From contig OX597826.1 of NCBI GenBank assembly GCA_951406725.2, positions 37,262,001 through 37,326,000 of the forward strand: a DNA stretch of 64,000 nt. The letters run 5' to 3'. A model generated the notes under the pieces. It was given only the letters and a program-made list of their open reading frames with translations. It was not told where the DNA came from and made no database searches. This DNA is from Octopus vulgaris. Taxonomy: Eukaryota. Shown piece by piece: positions 52,126 to 64,000 of the stretch. The translations under genes were made by a program, and so were the position numbers. Each line of letters starts with the position of its first letter. Positions within the stretch are counted from its first letter, which is position 1.

Positions 52126-54433
52126 ATAAACTGTAAAAGCATTGGCTTGAAATTACGTAATATAGAACACACTTATCCGTGACTAAAGTCTTATCTTGAT
52201 TAGTGTCAGACTCTTCCACAAGTTGTGTTTATTTTCGACATCCTGAAAATTTAATGGCAATCCTCCTACGTTTTATAAGTCTCATGTAACTATGATTTTC
52301 ATTTCGAAAGTATAACCGCAAATTCTGGAATTTTCCTCCTCAACAAAGATTACATTCTGATTAGTGAATATTAGCTTCCGCTTGATTAACCACACTTATT
52401 GCATTCAGTTAATTCCAAAGAATATATTCAGTTCTGTTCTTTGTTGTTATAATCGTCGTGGTGTATTTTATATAAAATGTTTTTAACGGAAGCGCAGGTT
52501 ACTATTCAAATACTTACAGAGAATAAAGGGATTCTAATAGGGAAGTATGATATAATCAACAACAAGTAGGAAGAACAAAGGTGAGAGTACACAACCAGGT
52601 CTCAGTCTGACTGCATTGAAAAGAAATCAGTGTCACCCGTTTCTGTTTTTATACAACAGTTTAAATTATATTGTCTAGAGATTAATTATATTGACATTCG
52701 TCTCAGGAATATTACAGCAGTGTTTTCTCCAGCCTCCGCAACGCCTGTGAGTTATGGTTCCTGTGTGGTACTAGATGATCATAGGATTAAACGGTGATTA
52801 TTATATATTCTACATAAATGCTGAATGAACTGTAGATGGAGAGAGATGATCGATCGACTGATTGGTTGATTAATTATTTTCTATAAAACATAGTATTTTT
52901 TTGTATAAGAAATAATTGCTTCACAACTCTCAAAATTCTAATCCGTGTAAGTTAGATTCCGGCATTACACAAGACATCTGTGAATAAATGATTTGCTTGC
53001 TGAAAATCTACAACCAAAGAAGGTGTTGGTCATAAATTATAATAATAACTGAACAAATAAATAATCTTGATAAAGTATAACACTACTCTACTTTATTAGA
53101 TTGAAGAATCACTTCGTGATGTACACTCCGTAATACACATCAGCGACATAGTCAAAGGTTCGGATCTAGAACTGGGCGCATGTATAGTTATGGTACATCG
53201 ACACCACTCTCAGTGAAGTTTTGTAGATGGAAGCAGAGTGGACCATTAATTGATTTGGGTAATAAATGCAATCCATCAGCCGGGATGAGACTACGACATG
53301 ACACTTGGGGTGTCTTCAACGAAGAACTAGTTACTTCTAATGATTTGCATTAGATCTCTTCAGTGTTGGGTTCTTTTACATGCAAGAGATTCAATTTCCT
53401 CAGAATTGGTTATTGGTGTAGCCTTGCATCGCTCAATTATGGTATTGATAACCAAAACTAAATTGGTGCCACATATACCAGTTATTGGTATATGTGACAC
53501 CAATAATGAGTCATAAGAAATTTTATGATAATATAGTCCATTTATAAATTATTCGATAAACTATGGCATATTTATATCAGTTAGCCTCACATTGCTGCCT
53601 CTAATATATCCACGATACCTTTCCCTGTTTCCATCTGGAGCATGTTCCTAGAGATTGTATAAAATAGATGTAATAGAATTAAAATCCAGAATCTTACAAA
53701 CTTTATTTTAATCTGTCAAATTAATTACTTCTTCCCATCCATTTTAAATATTTCCTTAAGCTACATTCTGACTTATCTCTTAACGTGTTTCCCTGGTGGA
53801 TTACAAGAAAATTTGGAAAATGGTTTATCATAAAATTTTATAAGACTAATGCTTAATTCGCACCTTTTTCAAAACTTTATGGCATTTACTTCATCAATTA
53901 TATTATCGTGCTTTTCAGAGAATAAATGCCGAAATCGATAAGGATTTATTGATTTTCATATCTTTATACTTTACTCTGATTAACACATAGTAATGGCAGT
54001 ATGTGCCAAAATGCTGAAAAAAGAGAAACATTTTAAATGGAAAAAAGCTACCAAATATTTGTTAGTAAAAGAGGAAGATATTCCCATGTTTCCCAAAATT
54101 TTTATAACCATTCATAACAATCCCTTGTCATTAATGGCACATTATCAGCCAGTGAATAAACTGACACATCAACTGGATCAGTGAGATACTGACAGAACTG
54201 ATAGCGGTTAAATGCTTTTCCTCTGAAAGCTGTTATACAATAAGTATGTCTCATACACGCGCTGATGATCAGCTACTTTCAACCACCGACAATTATATTT
54301 TTATCAACTTTCCAAGCACTTTGTTGCATTTAATCAGACTAAAACTCATTCGACATGGGACATATACACTTATCACTTTGATTATTTTATTCTGATTTTC
54401 TCAATTATATCTTCCTTATATAAATATAAATAT

Positions 54434-54489
<56 letters not shown>

Positions 54490-55477
54490 GTATGTGGTAT
54501 ATGTAAAATAAAAATTATTCATAAAGGTAATAAATAACTAAATATCTATGAAGGGAAATGTCTGTTAGTCTAATAGAAATCCTTGCTTTGCAAGAACTGA
54601 ATGTATATGCATTGAATGGAATTAATGCAGGAAACAGATTAACCATTTAGTGGCTGTCTTTGTGCTGAAAGTAAAGTATCAATACTACAGGAACATAAAT
54701 GGCGTTTTCCCTTTAAATGAAACCCCATATTTACAAATAGAGCTGAATGGGTTAAATTGCGGCACTAACGTGTTGATATTAGAGGGAATTGTTGCACTAG
54801 TTAAACAATCTTAAATAATAGACTAGAATGTTAATAAAATATAACCACATCAGGATAGAATCCATATGAATTACTCTAAGCTTGGAACCAACAGTGGTCA
54901 GCATCAAATGATCGTTCTGGCTGTTGTTAACCCTAACGCAGTTCTCATCAAGCAGGACAGACATGGAATTATACAAAAACAAACGTATTTTTCTATTAGG
55001 CACGATAAAATTCCCATTTGTTACTTTCTATCTTTAAGATGAATAAAGGGTAATTTTGAAGGAGAACAGGCTGATATTTGTAGTACTTCCAGCGGCCTTG
55101 TAGAGATATCACGTGATGACATTTTTAGCTTAATTGGTTTTGTATAAGCCTGTGAAATTCAATAGATTCATATTTTCTTTTCAAGATATTTGAAGCAACA
55201 GCCTTGATATTAGTTCTGGTATTTAGTTCTGGCAATGAAGCATCTGATAGCATTAGAACTGCTATACACACTCCCAGATGCTATATATTCCTCTTCGAAA
55301 AGCCATTATTGCTTTTAGCAAACATGAATGGTCAATATTGAACGGTTTAAGACGTGAATGAAACAGTGTTCTTGTGGCCGTTGTTATCCCCGGGTTAGTC
55401 ATAAATCTGACCTATTAACAAAATTACTCCAGCCGTATTAACCTTATCTTCATAATTCAGTAGGTGTGTATGTATAT

Positions 55478-55716
55478 ATTTATTCTTTTACTCTTTTACT
55501 TGTTTCCGTCATTTGCCTGCAGCCATGATGGTGCACCGCCTTAAAGGGTGTCAGTCGAGGAAATCGACCCCAGGACTTATTCTCCTTTGCGGAACTGCTA
55601 AATTACGGGGACATAAATACACCAGCATCGGTTGTCAATGGATTGGGTGTGGACAAACACAGACATAAACAAACAAATATATACATACATACATACATAT
55701 ATATTTATGCATATAT

Positions 55717-55759
<43 letters not shown>

Positions 55760-55918
55760 CGACGAGCTTCTTCCAGTTCCCATCTACCAAATCCACTCAC
55801 AAGTTTTTGGTAGGTTCGAGGCTGTTGTAGAAGACACCTGCCGAAGGTGCCACGCAGTACGACTGAACCCAGAACCAAGAGGTTGATAAGCAAGCTTCTT
55901 ACCACACAGCCAAGCCTG
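55478..55918 (-). mobile_element. SINE family A copy
   Basis: Colinear with 16206-16615 with an internal deletion. Confidence 0.9.
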
Positions 55919-55947
55919 ATATATAAATTTGTGTGTGTGCGTGTATA

Positions 55948-56690
55948 CAGCTGTTGGACAAGATATTTAAAACACCTTAAAATTTCAAACAAATTTATTT
56001 TAATATGGGGTAGGACCGCTTTTTCCAATAATTACAGCTTGAATTTTACGAGGTATGGAAACGTACAAAGTTTGAATTGTTTCTAAAGGACTTTTGTTCC
56101 ATTCTTCACCTAAAAGGTTTCCAGTTCTTGCAGTGATGATGGTGGAGGATATCAACTCCTTACATGTTTTTCTAAAATGCATCATAAATGTTCGATAATA
56201 CTGCGATCTGGGGACTGTGGTGGCCAGATAGGATGTTTAACTTCACTAGAATGTTCCTCGTGCCATTCAGTAACAAATTTAGCTGTGTGAATTAATGCAT
56301 TATCATCCTGAAAGATTGCGTTTCCCTCCGGAAACTGTTCCGCAACCATAGGACTAACTTGATCACATAAAATGCCTAAATTGTCTTGAGTATTAATTCT
56401 GCCATGAAGGAAAACCATTAGGCTGGCGGATTTCCAAGATATAGCCCCCCACCCCAGATCATCACAGATCCTCCTCCATGTTTAACAGTTGGAAGAAAAC
56501 AGTCTGGGCCAAATGCTTCTTTTGGATGTCTCCACACGTATACTCAGCCAGTGGTCGGAAATAAGGTAAAGGATGACTTATCCGAGAAAATAACATTCTT
56601 CCACACCTCTAGGGACCAGTTTTGTAGATTTTACTCCACTCTAAACGCTTGCTTTTGGAGGTATGGGTTTTCTGATTGCAGCACCATTAA
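55948..56690 (-). mobile_element. 5'-truncated Tc1-like transposon with DD36E spacing
   Basis: WKNVIFSDKSS, KHGGGSVMIW, FQDDNA...WPPQSPDRSIIEHL, ...AVIIGKSGPTPY*. Terminus TA|CAG at 55946-55950. Confidence 0.88.
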
Positions 56691-57150
56691 AAGTGATGGT
56701 CGGTGACAAATACAAACACACAAACACACAAACACAGATGGTTGAAACGGGCTACTGAAAAAATACTAAAAGGGCCTCACGTTGTGAATAGGTTCCAAAT
56801 TCTAGATTAAAACCATAAACAAACTTTCTTCCTTCGCCAACGCAATACACGGGAAATATAAATACAAATAACTGTCCATAAACTACAAAGCAGATTCACA
56901 CATCTACATACATATATTTGCACGTGTATATTATATATATATAATATTTGTAAGCAAAGCCGATGCCTTTGTAAGTCACAGAGAAAGAGCGACTATGAAA
57001 GTCTCTTATGCAATATTTGAATGAATTTGAAGGGTGACCGTGTTGGCCCAATCCGATACGCAAGGAGTCGTGTAAGAGTTAATTTGTGTATTCGATTCTG
57101 ACCTGCGTTAGCTCATCATTTTTAAGTTTCACTTTAAATCGGAGTATATA

Positions 57151-57231
57151 TTAATATTATGATATATTATATAGTCGTTAATATTATGATATATTATATA
57201 GTCGTTAATATTATGATATATTATATAGTCG
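57151..57231. repeat. Three perfect tandem copies of a 27-bp unit
   Basis: (TTAATATTATGATATATTATATAGTCG)x3. Confidence 0.95.
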
Positions 57232-57499
57232 TGTGTGTGTGTGTGTGTGTGTATTGTCTGTCTTTTCAAAAATGTCGCAAGAATACCACCCTTAGCTCGT
57301 ACTTTATTAATCGACGACGAGCGGAATAATAGTAGGCATGACCTCAACCTGACTGAAACTCACAGTAGAGAGAGAGAGAGGGGGGAGAGAGAGAACATGT
57401 ACTGCAAGGTATTCTACTTGATTCCCAAGAAGTCCGGAATTCGATGCGCTTAAATGCGACATATATTACTGAAAGTATTATATAGATTTCTTCCTTTAG

Positions 57500-57627
57500 G
57501 ATGATAAGTCCATCATGCCCTGGCAAAGAATATATCCAGAATTGGATATTGCATTTGTAATATCCGCTTACCAGACGCTTGTTCACAGTTACAGATATCA
57601 TCACAATAGAGTTTATACTGAATTTAG
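57500..57627 (+). CDS. Candidate internal coding exon DDKSIMPWQRIYPELDIAFVISAYQTLVHSYRYHHNRVYTEF; resembles the N-terminal WQ...FVxSAY motif of glycosyltransferase family 92 (DUF23/galt-1-like) proteins
   Basis: Acceptor tttcttcctttag, donor TAG|GTAATT, only phase 0 open. The family resemblance is from motif recall. Confidence 0.5.
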
Positions 57628-58413
57628 GTAATTGCTTTCGTTTTTTTTTTTGGGGGGGGGGGTATATGAAGAGTGTCAAGACGATAATTCTTGAAAATAT
57701 TCTAGTTCGAATAAGAAAGTATTTCGGTCTGTAACAAACAGCAGAAATATAATTTTAAAACATTGTCTAAAATAGTATAAATCCCTATCATCCTGTCCCA
57801 AACTGTCAAATCTCTACCAGCACGCGACATTGGAAAGCATTCAGCATTAGCAGATTGTCAAGTAAGCATTTCTAATAAGAAGTCAGATCCCGAAGCTTAA
57901 AACCTTTGACAAAATAGTTTATGCCTCTTAGAATATTTGCATCAAACAGCAGTAAAACTTGCTCTTGGCTCTCAACTACATTATTTTACCTTGTTTTATT
58001 GCAATTTTGGGACTGGATTTACAATGATCTAATGTTGAGCAACTTCTACGTTTGTTAACCCTGCTTTAATGATAGTGCCATGTTGCCAGATTTAGCAGCA
58101 AGTAACGAAATTATACATTATAAAGCTGTGAAATAATGTTCCAATTTAAGAAAACAATTTCCTTAGCTCTTACACCAACTTATTTATTTATTTCTAACTC
58201 GAAATCAATATTGTGTTGGCTTTAAATACAGATTCTATAAAAACATACATTCATACTACATATTGCTTAGGAAGGGATGCAATAAACTTGAAATTAGCGT
58301 TATTTGGTGCAGCACATGTATGAATTTACACATATAAACACACAAACATGCACGCGCGCTTGCATTTACGTGTTTGCGTGTATATGTGTACATATATATA
58401 TATATATATATAA

Positions 58414-58560
58414 AGAGAAAGTTTACGAAAAAAACAAAAGACGAAGACGGGTGGTGTACAAAACAAACAGATGTATTAGTAAAGCGCTCAGGAATAGAAA
58501 AAGTAATTTACGTTTCGAGCCTACGCTCTTCTACAGAAAGGTACACAGAAAAAACATATA
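58414..58560 (-). mobile_element. Family D element copy
   Basis: GTTTACGAAAAAAACAAAAGACGAAGACGGGTGGTGTAC...TTTACGTTTCGAGCCTACGCTCTTCTACAGAAAG. Confidence 0.88.
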
Positions 58561-58561
58561 T

Positions 58562-58633
<72 letters not shown>

Positions 58634-60385
58634 TAAATATACTCATATGTGGATGTGTATTCATATACTTACGTGCAAATATCTGGATTAAATTATTAAC
58701 TCGGAGCAATTATTACATCGTTACTACAAATTTCATGGGGCACCTCAAAAACTACTTGCATATAATGACTACTGTGGGACGTTCGAATTAAAGAACATGA
58801 ACGTATCCACTAATTCCTTCCTTCTGCTTGGTTTCATTTGGTTTGTTGCTGATAAATGTCCACTAGAGAAATGAACTATACATGGTGAGTTAACATTCTT
58901 CCAGTGATGGCAATAATTAAAAAAGGATGCTATATTCCCATGGTGATAGTTGTCTGTTAATTCAGATTTACAATATAGAGCTTTTTTTAAAAAAAAACGG
59001 TGTAGTTATTTTCTTAATATTAGAGATTAATATAACAAATATTTTACTTAATTGTTGTTATGGACAGAGTTATACATTTGCAAATTTGAAAATATTAATA
59101 TCCTCAAGTAAGAACTCGATAACCTAAAAGAGAAAGATCAAGTTTAAAATATAATTGATTATTTTAACCTAAATCAAACATGGTAAGAAATGAAATTATT
59201 TGAGGTTGTGCAGTGGAAGAAGTCTTAACACATTCTAAACGAGATATCTTGTTTAATATCCAAATGCCATTCTTTCAAGAAAGGTCAACTTTGTAGTTAC
59301 CACAAAAGCGTCAAAGCGTATTAAACCCTCTTCTAATGAACGTCCGTCGACCAGAAGTCTTTGCATTTATAAAATTGATGAGATAAAAAAAAAACTAGCA
59401 ACAGGGCCTCAGATTTCTGTGATATCACTCAAACAATGACTTCGTCAATAACCCTGCTCAATAGACGGTTGCCTTCAGGTAATGTTGTTAGAGGCCATAT
59501 CTTCGAAATCAAAAGAGAAAAGCGTCCGTTGTGTGCCATCAACAAAATACGGTACACATATGTGTATATTTAGGTGTACATATACATATATAGATTAAAA
59601 TCATGTGAGCTCCTTTAACCTATTCGAAATGGGTACACACGAACTATCCTCTGCTTGTAATAAATCATTTCAGAGAGGAATACTCGCATGAATGAAATAC
59701 GATCGACTATCTTCACATCGCTTATATGCATCATGTATGTTTGAAACCCTTTGACAAGCGCAGTCAACCATGCACCCGATGGAACTTGAACATCTGTGAA
59801 AATGAATTATTCCAATTCTTTGAAAGTGTTTAGGGTGTATCAACCAGTATAAACCAGCATTTACACGTCAGCTTTGTACGTATAATTTATATAACATTTA
59901 TTTCGGTTTTCGTATGTGTTTTTCGTTAGAGCTTTGATATGAAATCACAAGTTGAGACACATGTTCTTGCACGTTGCGGATGTTCTTTCGACAATAAGAA
60001 AAACACACACAAACATACGTGAGTGTGTTTCTTATTGGCAAAATGGCCCTCCCAAAATGTAACATAAAGTTTAGCGCAAGGAAGAATTTCATACGAAGGA
60101 AGCATTTCAAATAAGAAAAGCAATTTTATGAAGTAAAAGTCGGTAATATGCAGAGGGAGAATAAAGCACAGACGGGGTCTCAAGAGCTGAATATTTTGTT
60201 ACATGAGTAGAGACAAAATACTTCAAACAAAATAATAAAATTCGGATCGATGAATGTTTAACAGGTATATTGATTTCTTCATCGAATCAATTTCACTAGC
60301 AAAGTATGTAATTAAAATGAAGGGCTTTAAAAGTGATAAAATCTAATAAATATAGTATGAGACCAACCGCATAGCATGAATTCCG

Positions 60386-60459
60386 AATAATAATAATAAT
60401 AATAATAATAACAATAATGATGATGATGATGATGATAATAATAATAATAATAATAATAA

Positions 60460-60523
<64 letters not shown>
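60386..60523. repeat. (TAA)n-(TGA)n-(TAA)n-(TAG)n compound tract
   Basis: Directly visible. Confidence 0.96.
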
Positions 60524-60524
<1 letters not shown>

Positions 60525-62919
60525 CATTTACAAAATTAAGACAGTTGAATCTGCCCCCCTCCTACATTTTGATTACAAATTGTTATAAAGCTCATTAAAC
60601 AGACTATTAAACACAGGAAAAAGTGTGACTTGTGAAATAATATAATCGGTTATGTAAAGAAATTCTCTTGTGTCCCTTTTCAATTCATGTAATGTTCGAC
60701 GCGTGAGTATGTGTGTGTGCGTACGTGCGTGCGTGTGTGTGTGCGTATATGCGTGTTTATTTATATATGCGTGTATTATTTGAGTTGTTTGGTTAAAGTA
60801 TATTTCATTATTTTTTACTGTGTCCTTGTTTGTTTTCTAATACCAATTCCTTATTTCGATATTGTTATCCGAATTTTCAATTTATGTTCCAGGCTTTCTT
60901 CCATACACATTGCTTTCCCGTTCTTTCACTCCTGAGACCGTTTGTCTTTTATTCATCATAATATGGTTGCATTACCTTTGCAAAAGCTGAGATCAAAGCA
61001 AAACAATTATTCTTAACATATGTGAAAATAAGAAAAAAAATACCCTCATAGTGTCATCCAAATATACCAATCGATATTATATGTGTGCCTATGTATGTCT
61101 GCATGTGTGTATGCGTAGATAAATGTATATGTATGAATGTGAGTGTACATATATATACATACATATATATATATATACAAGCAAACATATGTAATATATA
61201 TTATAAAAATCGATATATATTATATTCACACACACACAGGTACGAATACATATATATATATATGTGTATATATACACATTCGCACTAAAATGTATATATG
61301 AAGGTGTTACATAGTTCTATACGTTTGTGTATATTTGAGTGGAAAAAAAGTGATTGATTGTAGATAAAGTGATAGAGTAGAAGCATAGAAAGGGCGGGTG
61401 ATAGAGTTTGGAAATCTGTTTCAAAGTATCGATAGAATAGGTTGCTAATCTGATATGTTATCGCAGTCAAACTAACACTTCCTAAAATACAGACCTTTAT
61501 ATTTATGTCGATATTGTACAACCATAAAAGAGCATACGAAGCATATTTTCACAACTACATAAATGTTCATGTAGCCAGACTTTAGCTTTTGATGCAAACA
61601 TTATTATTATTGTTGCTGTCGTATTGTTGTTAATGGGTGTGGAGTGGTTGATGGAGAGGTTGGTATCGGTGTTGATGCTTGTGGTGATTCTTATTCCATT
61701 GTGATCTGCGTGTAAAAAGGAATAAAATAAAATTGGTTTGAAACGAAACTACATTATTTTTTCGAAATATTGTTTTCTTGTTTAAACAAAGAGGTTCTTG
61801 CTTTATATGAGAATATATGATGAGGTTGTATGATGGCCATGCCTATCTCAAGAGTTTTAGTCAAACAACTACAATAGAGATCAAAATTGAGATGTGGGCT
61901 CTGCTGGGATACTGCCGTCTGCCATATAAAAATTCATTTCTCATTGAGTAGTTTCAGAGAAGCTATTTCCTGGAGAGTGAGGTATGTTTTATTGAAATTC
62001 CCCTTGTATATTACAGTGTAAGTTAAAATTTCTCCCGGCTGGATTAGGCTTCAGATTATTGATAAAATAGAAGTAAATATTATTAACGTTTTATATCTTT
62101 TCTCTACTTTACCATGCATGCCGAAACACCCACGTCTGTAACAATATTGATTGTTTATAAATGCACAACATAAGTGACTTATAGAACATCTCTGGCCAGC
62201 TGCTGTAAGTATAAAAGGCACAATGCACCTCGAAGGAATTTTGCAGATGGAACCATGGGTGCAATAACGAAATTTATTGAATTCACTGATCTATCAATTC
62301 ACTTAGTTTTTAATAATCATCAAGCCAAACAGAAATTTGTCTGCCGTGCAGTTAATGTGATGCTATTTGCGCCCCTGTTTCAAACTCCTCTGATGTCAGT
62401 TTTGTCCTTTATGTTCCCAGCGCGGTGATAAAATGCCAGCTACATATTGATGTCTACTTATCTGTGACCAGGAATAAACTATGAAATACTGTAAGCAGGT
62501 TATGATAAAGAATTAATATTCTCTTACTTCCATGAAATACAGGAGGGTTAAGCAACGTCCTAACAATCTCTTTTAACAATCAAAAATTCTTCAAAGAAAC
62601 AAAGAAAATGACAGGAATGGGAGAACACCGATCTGCCGTGCAACAGGAAACACGTTTTCCGTTTTTACATTTTATTTTAGTTTTTCTGTGCTTGTCGATA
62701 ATTCCTCCAATCTTGGACAAGTTGATGACTGTAGCTAACTTCAAACAAGGCCTTATCTGTTCACTTTATTTGAAAATACTTTGGAACACTGGCTCTACTC
62801 GAGCGACTAATTCTCTCCTAAGGTACTTCGTTCTTTAATAATTATCTTTATTTTTGTATTTCAATCGCTCTTTTGCTCTAGATCTGTCTCACTCTCTGTA
62901 CATATATATACTTGCATGC

Positions 62920-62966
<47 letters not shown>

Positions 62967-63004
62967 CATACATACATACATACATACATACATACATACA
63001 TACA

Positions 63005-63033
<29 letters not shown>

Positions 63034-63036
<3 letters not shown>

Positions 63037-63164
63037 CGACGGGCTTCTATCAGTTTCAGTCAAATCTTCACACGATGCCTTGGTCGGCCGGAGGCTGTAG
63101 TAGAAGACACTTGCACAACTGGCAACGCAGTGGAACTGAACCCAGAACCATGTGGTTCGGAAGC
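63034..63164 (-). mobile_element. SINE family A 5' half
   Basis: TACGACGGGCTTCT...GGTCGGCCGGAGGCTGTAGTAGAAGACACTTGC...GAACCCAGAACCATGTGG. Confidence 0.85.
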
Positions 63165-63208
63165 CTATATAGCTATCTAGCTAGATAGCTACATAGATAG
63201 ATAGCTAC

Positions 63209-63252
<44 letters not shown>

Positions 63253-63495
63253 GTAGATAGGTTTAGATACTTAACTCTCCAACCTGAAGACGGAAGCCAG
63301 ATCAAACTAATGTATATATACTTCCAGTAGTGGTTGCATATTTTTGCGAGCTACATCGCCCAAAATTATAAATTAATTCCGCCCGCCCCCCAGAATATGC
63401 TGTCGGATAAGTAGCACCATACCGTCTCCCCTTAATATTATTATGTCCTTGTACTCTATGTAATTTTAGTATATTAATATATACATATTTCTGAA

Positions 63496-63845
63496 TGTGG
63501 AGGCGCATAGGGCAGCAGACTCGTGGTCGTAGGATCGTGGTTTCGATTTCCAGGGGGCGTTGTGAGTGTTTATTTTGGTAAAACATCTAAAGCTCTACAA
63601 GGCTCCGACAGGGGGTGGTGGCGAACCCTACTGTAGTCTTTCATCACAACTTTTTCTCACTTTTCTTGTTCTGTTGTACCTGTAATTCAAGGCCAGCCTT
63701 ATCACACTCTGTGTCACTCTCAATCTCCCCGAGAAGTCCGTTAAGAGTAACGTGTCTGTGGAGTGCTCAGCCACTTTCACGTTAATTTCACAAGCAGGCT
63801 GTTCCGTTGATCCGATCAACTGCAAACCTCGTCGTCGTAACCGAT
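63496..63845 (+). mobile_element. Older SINE family B copy
   Basis: GTGGAGGCGCAT...GTTTCGATTTCC...GTGTCTGTGGAGTGCTCAGCCAC...GTCGTAACCGA. Confidence 0.88.
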
Positions 63846-64000
63846 CTGAATATTTATACATGATCATTCATCTTCAGTTTTTGTTTTTTCATTATTTACA
63901 TGTTTAAATGTACATATATTTGGCATATCTAGCCCAATATTTCTCCCCCCACTCTTTCTGTCTCTACCTCTCTCTTTCTGTCTGTCTTTCTCTCTCCTTC

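Noticed and set aside
57151-57231. Regular 27-bp repeats as a CRISPR-like array
   Set aside because: Head-to-tail with no spacers, eukaryotic context, no cas genes.
61877-61981. Open segment before a GAG|GTATGT donor as the next exon after 57627
   Set aside because: No good acceptor in the required phase 2 without a stop.
63278-63410. CTGAAGA...GAATATGCTGTCGGA split hammerhead-like motif
   Set aside because: Core and stem I are too degenerate; at most a fossil of the same class.

Overview
AT-rich, microsatellite-saturated animal genomic DNA. The SINE families, the 5S sequence and the (TA)n/(CA)n density point to a coleoid cephalopod, most likely Octopus (inference, not a database result). 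Nearly all ORFs in the supplied track are translations of simple repeats. The window holds at least three tRNA-derived SINE families, a full-length 5S rRNA copy fused directly to a SINE/LINE-type 3' tail (candidate SINE3), and an (AAT)n-anchored ~520-bp retroposon. It also holds decayed Penelope, L1/Tx1, RLE-type and other LINE fragments, and mariner, maT (DD37D) and Tc1-like (DD36E) remnants. The strongest unexplained signal is a set of short, ORF-less elements sitting in (TA)n tracts that carry hammerhead-ribozyme folds: one with a canonical core (2605-2662), one near-canonical behind a perfect palindrome (20606-20694), and a three-copy family with a non-canonical CUGUAGA core. A few isolated splice-bounded open exons suggest that the window is mostly intron of a large gene, including one GT92-like exon at 57500-57627. 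All alignments and folds were done by eye.
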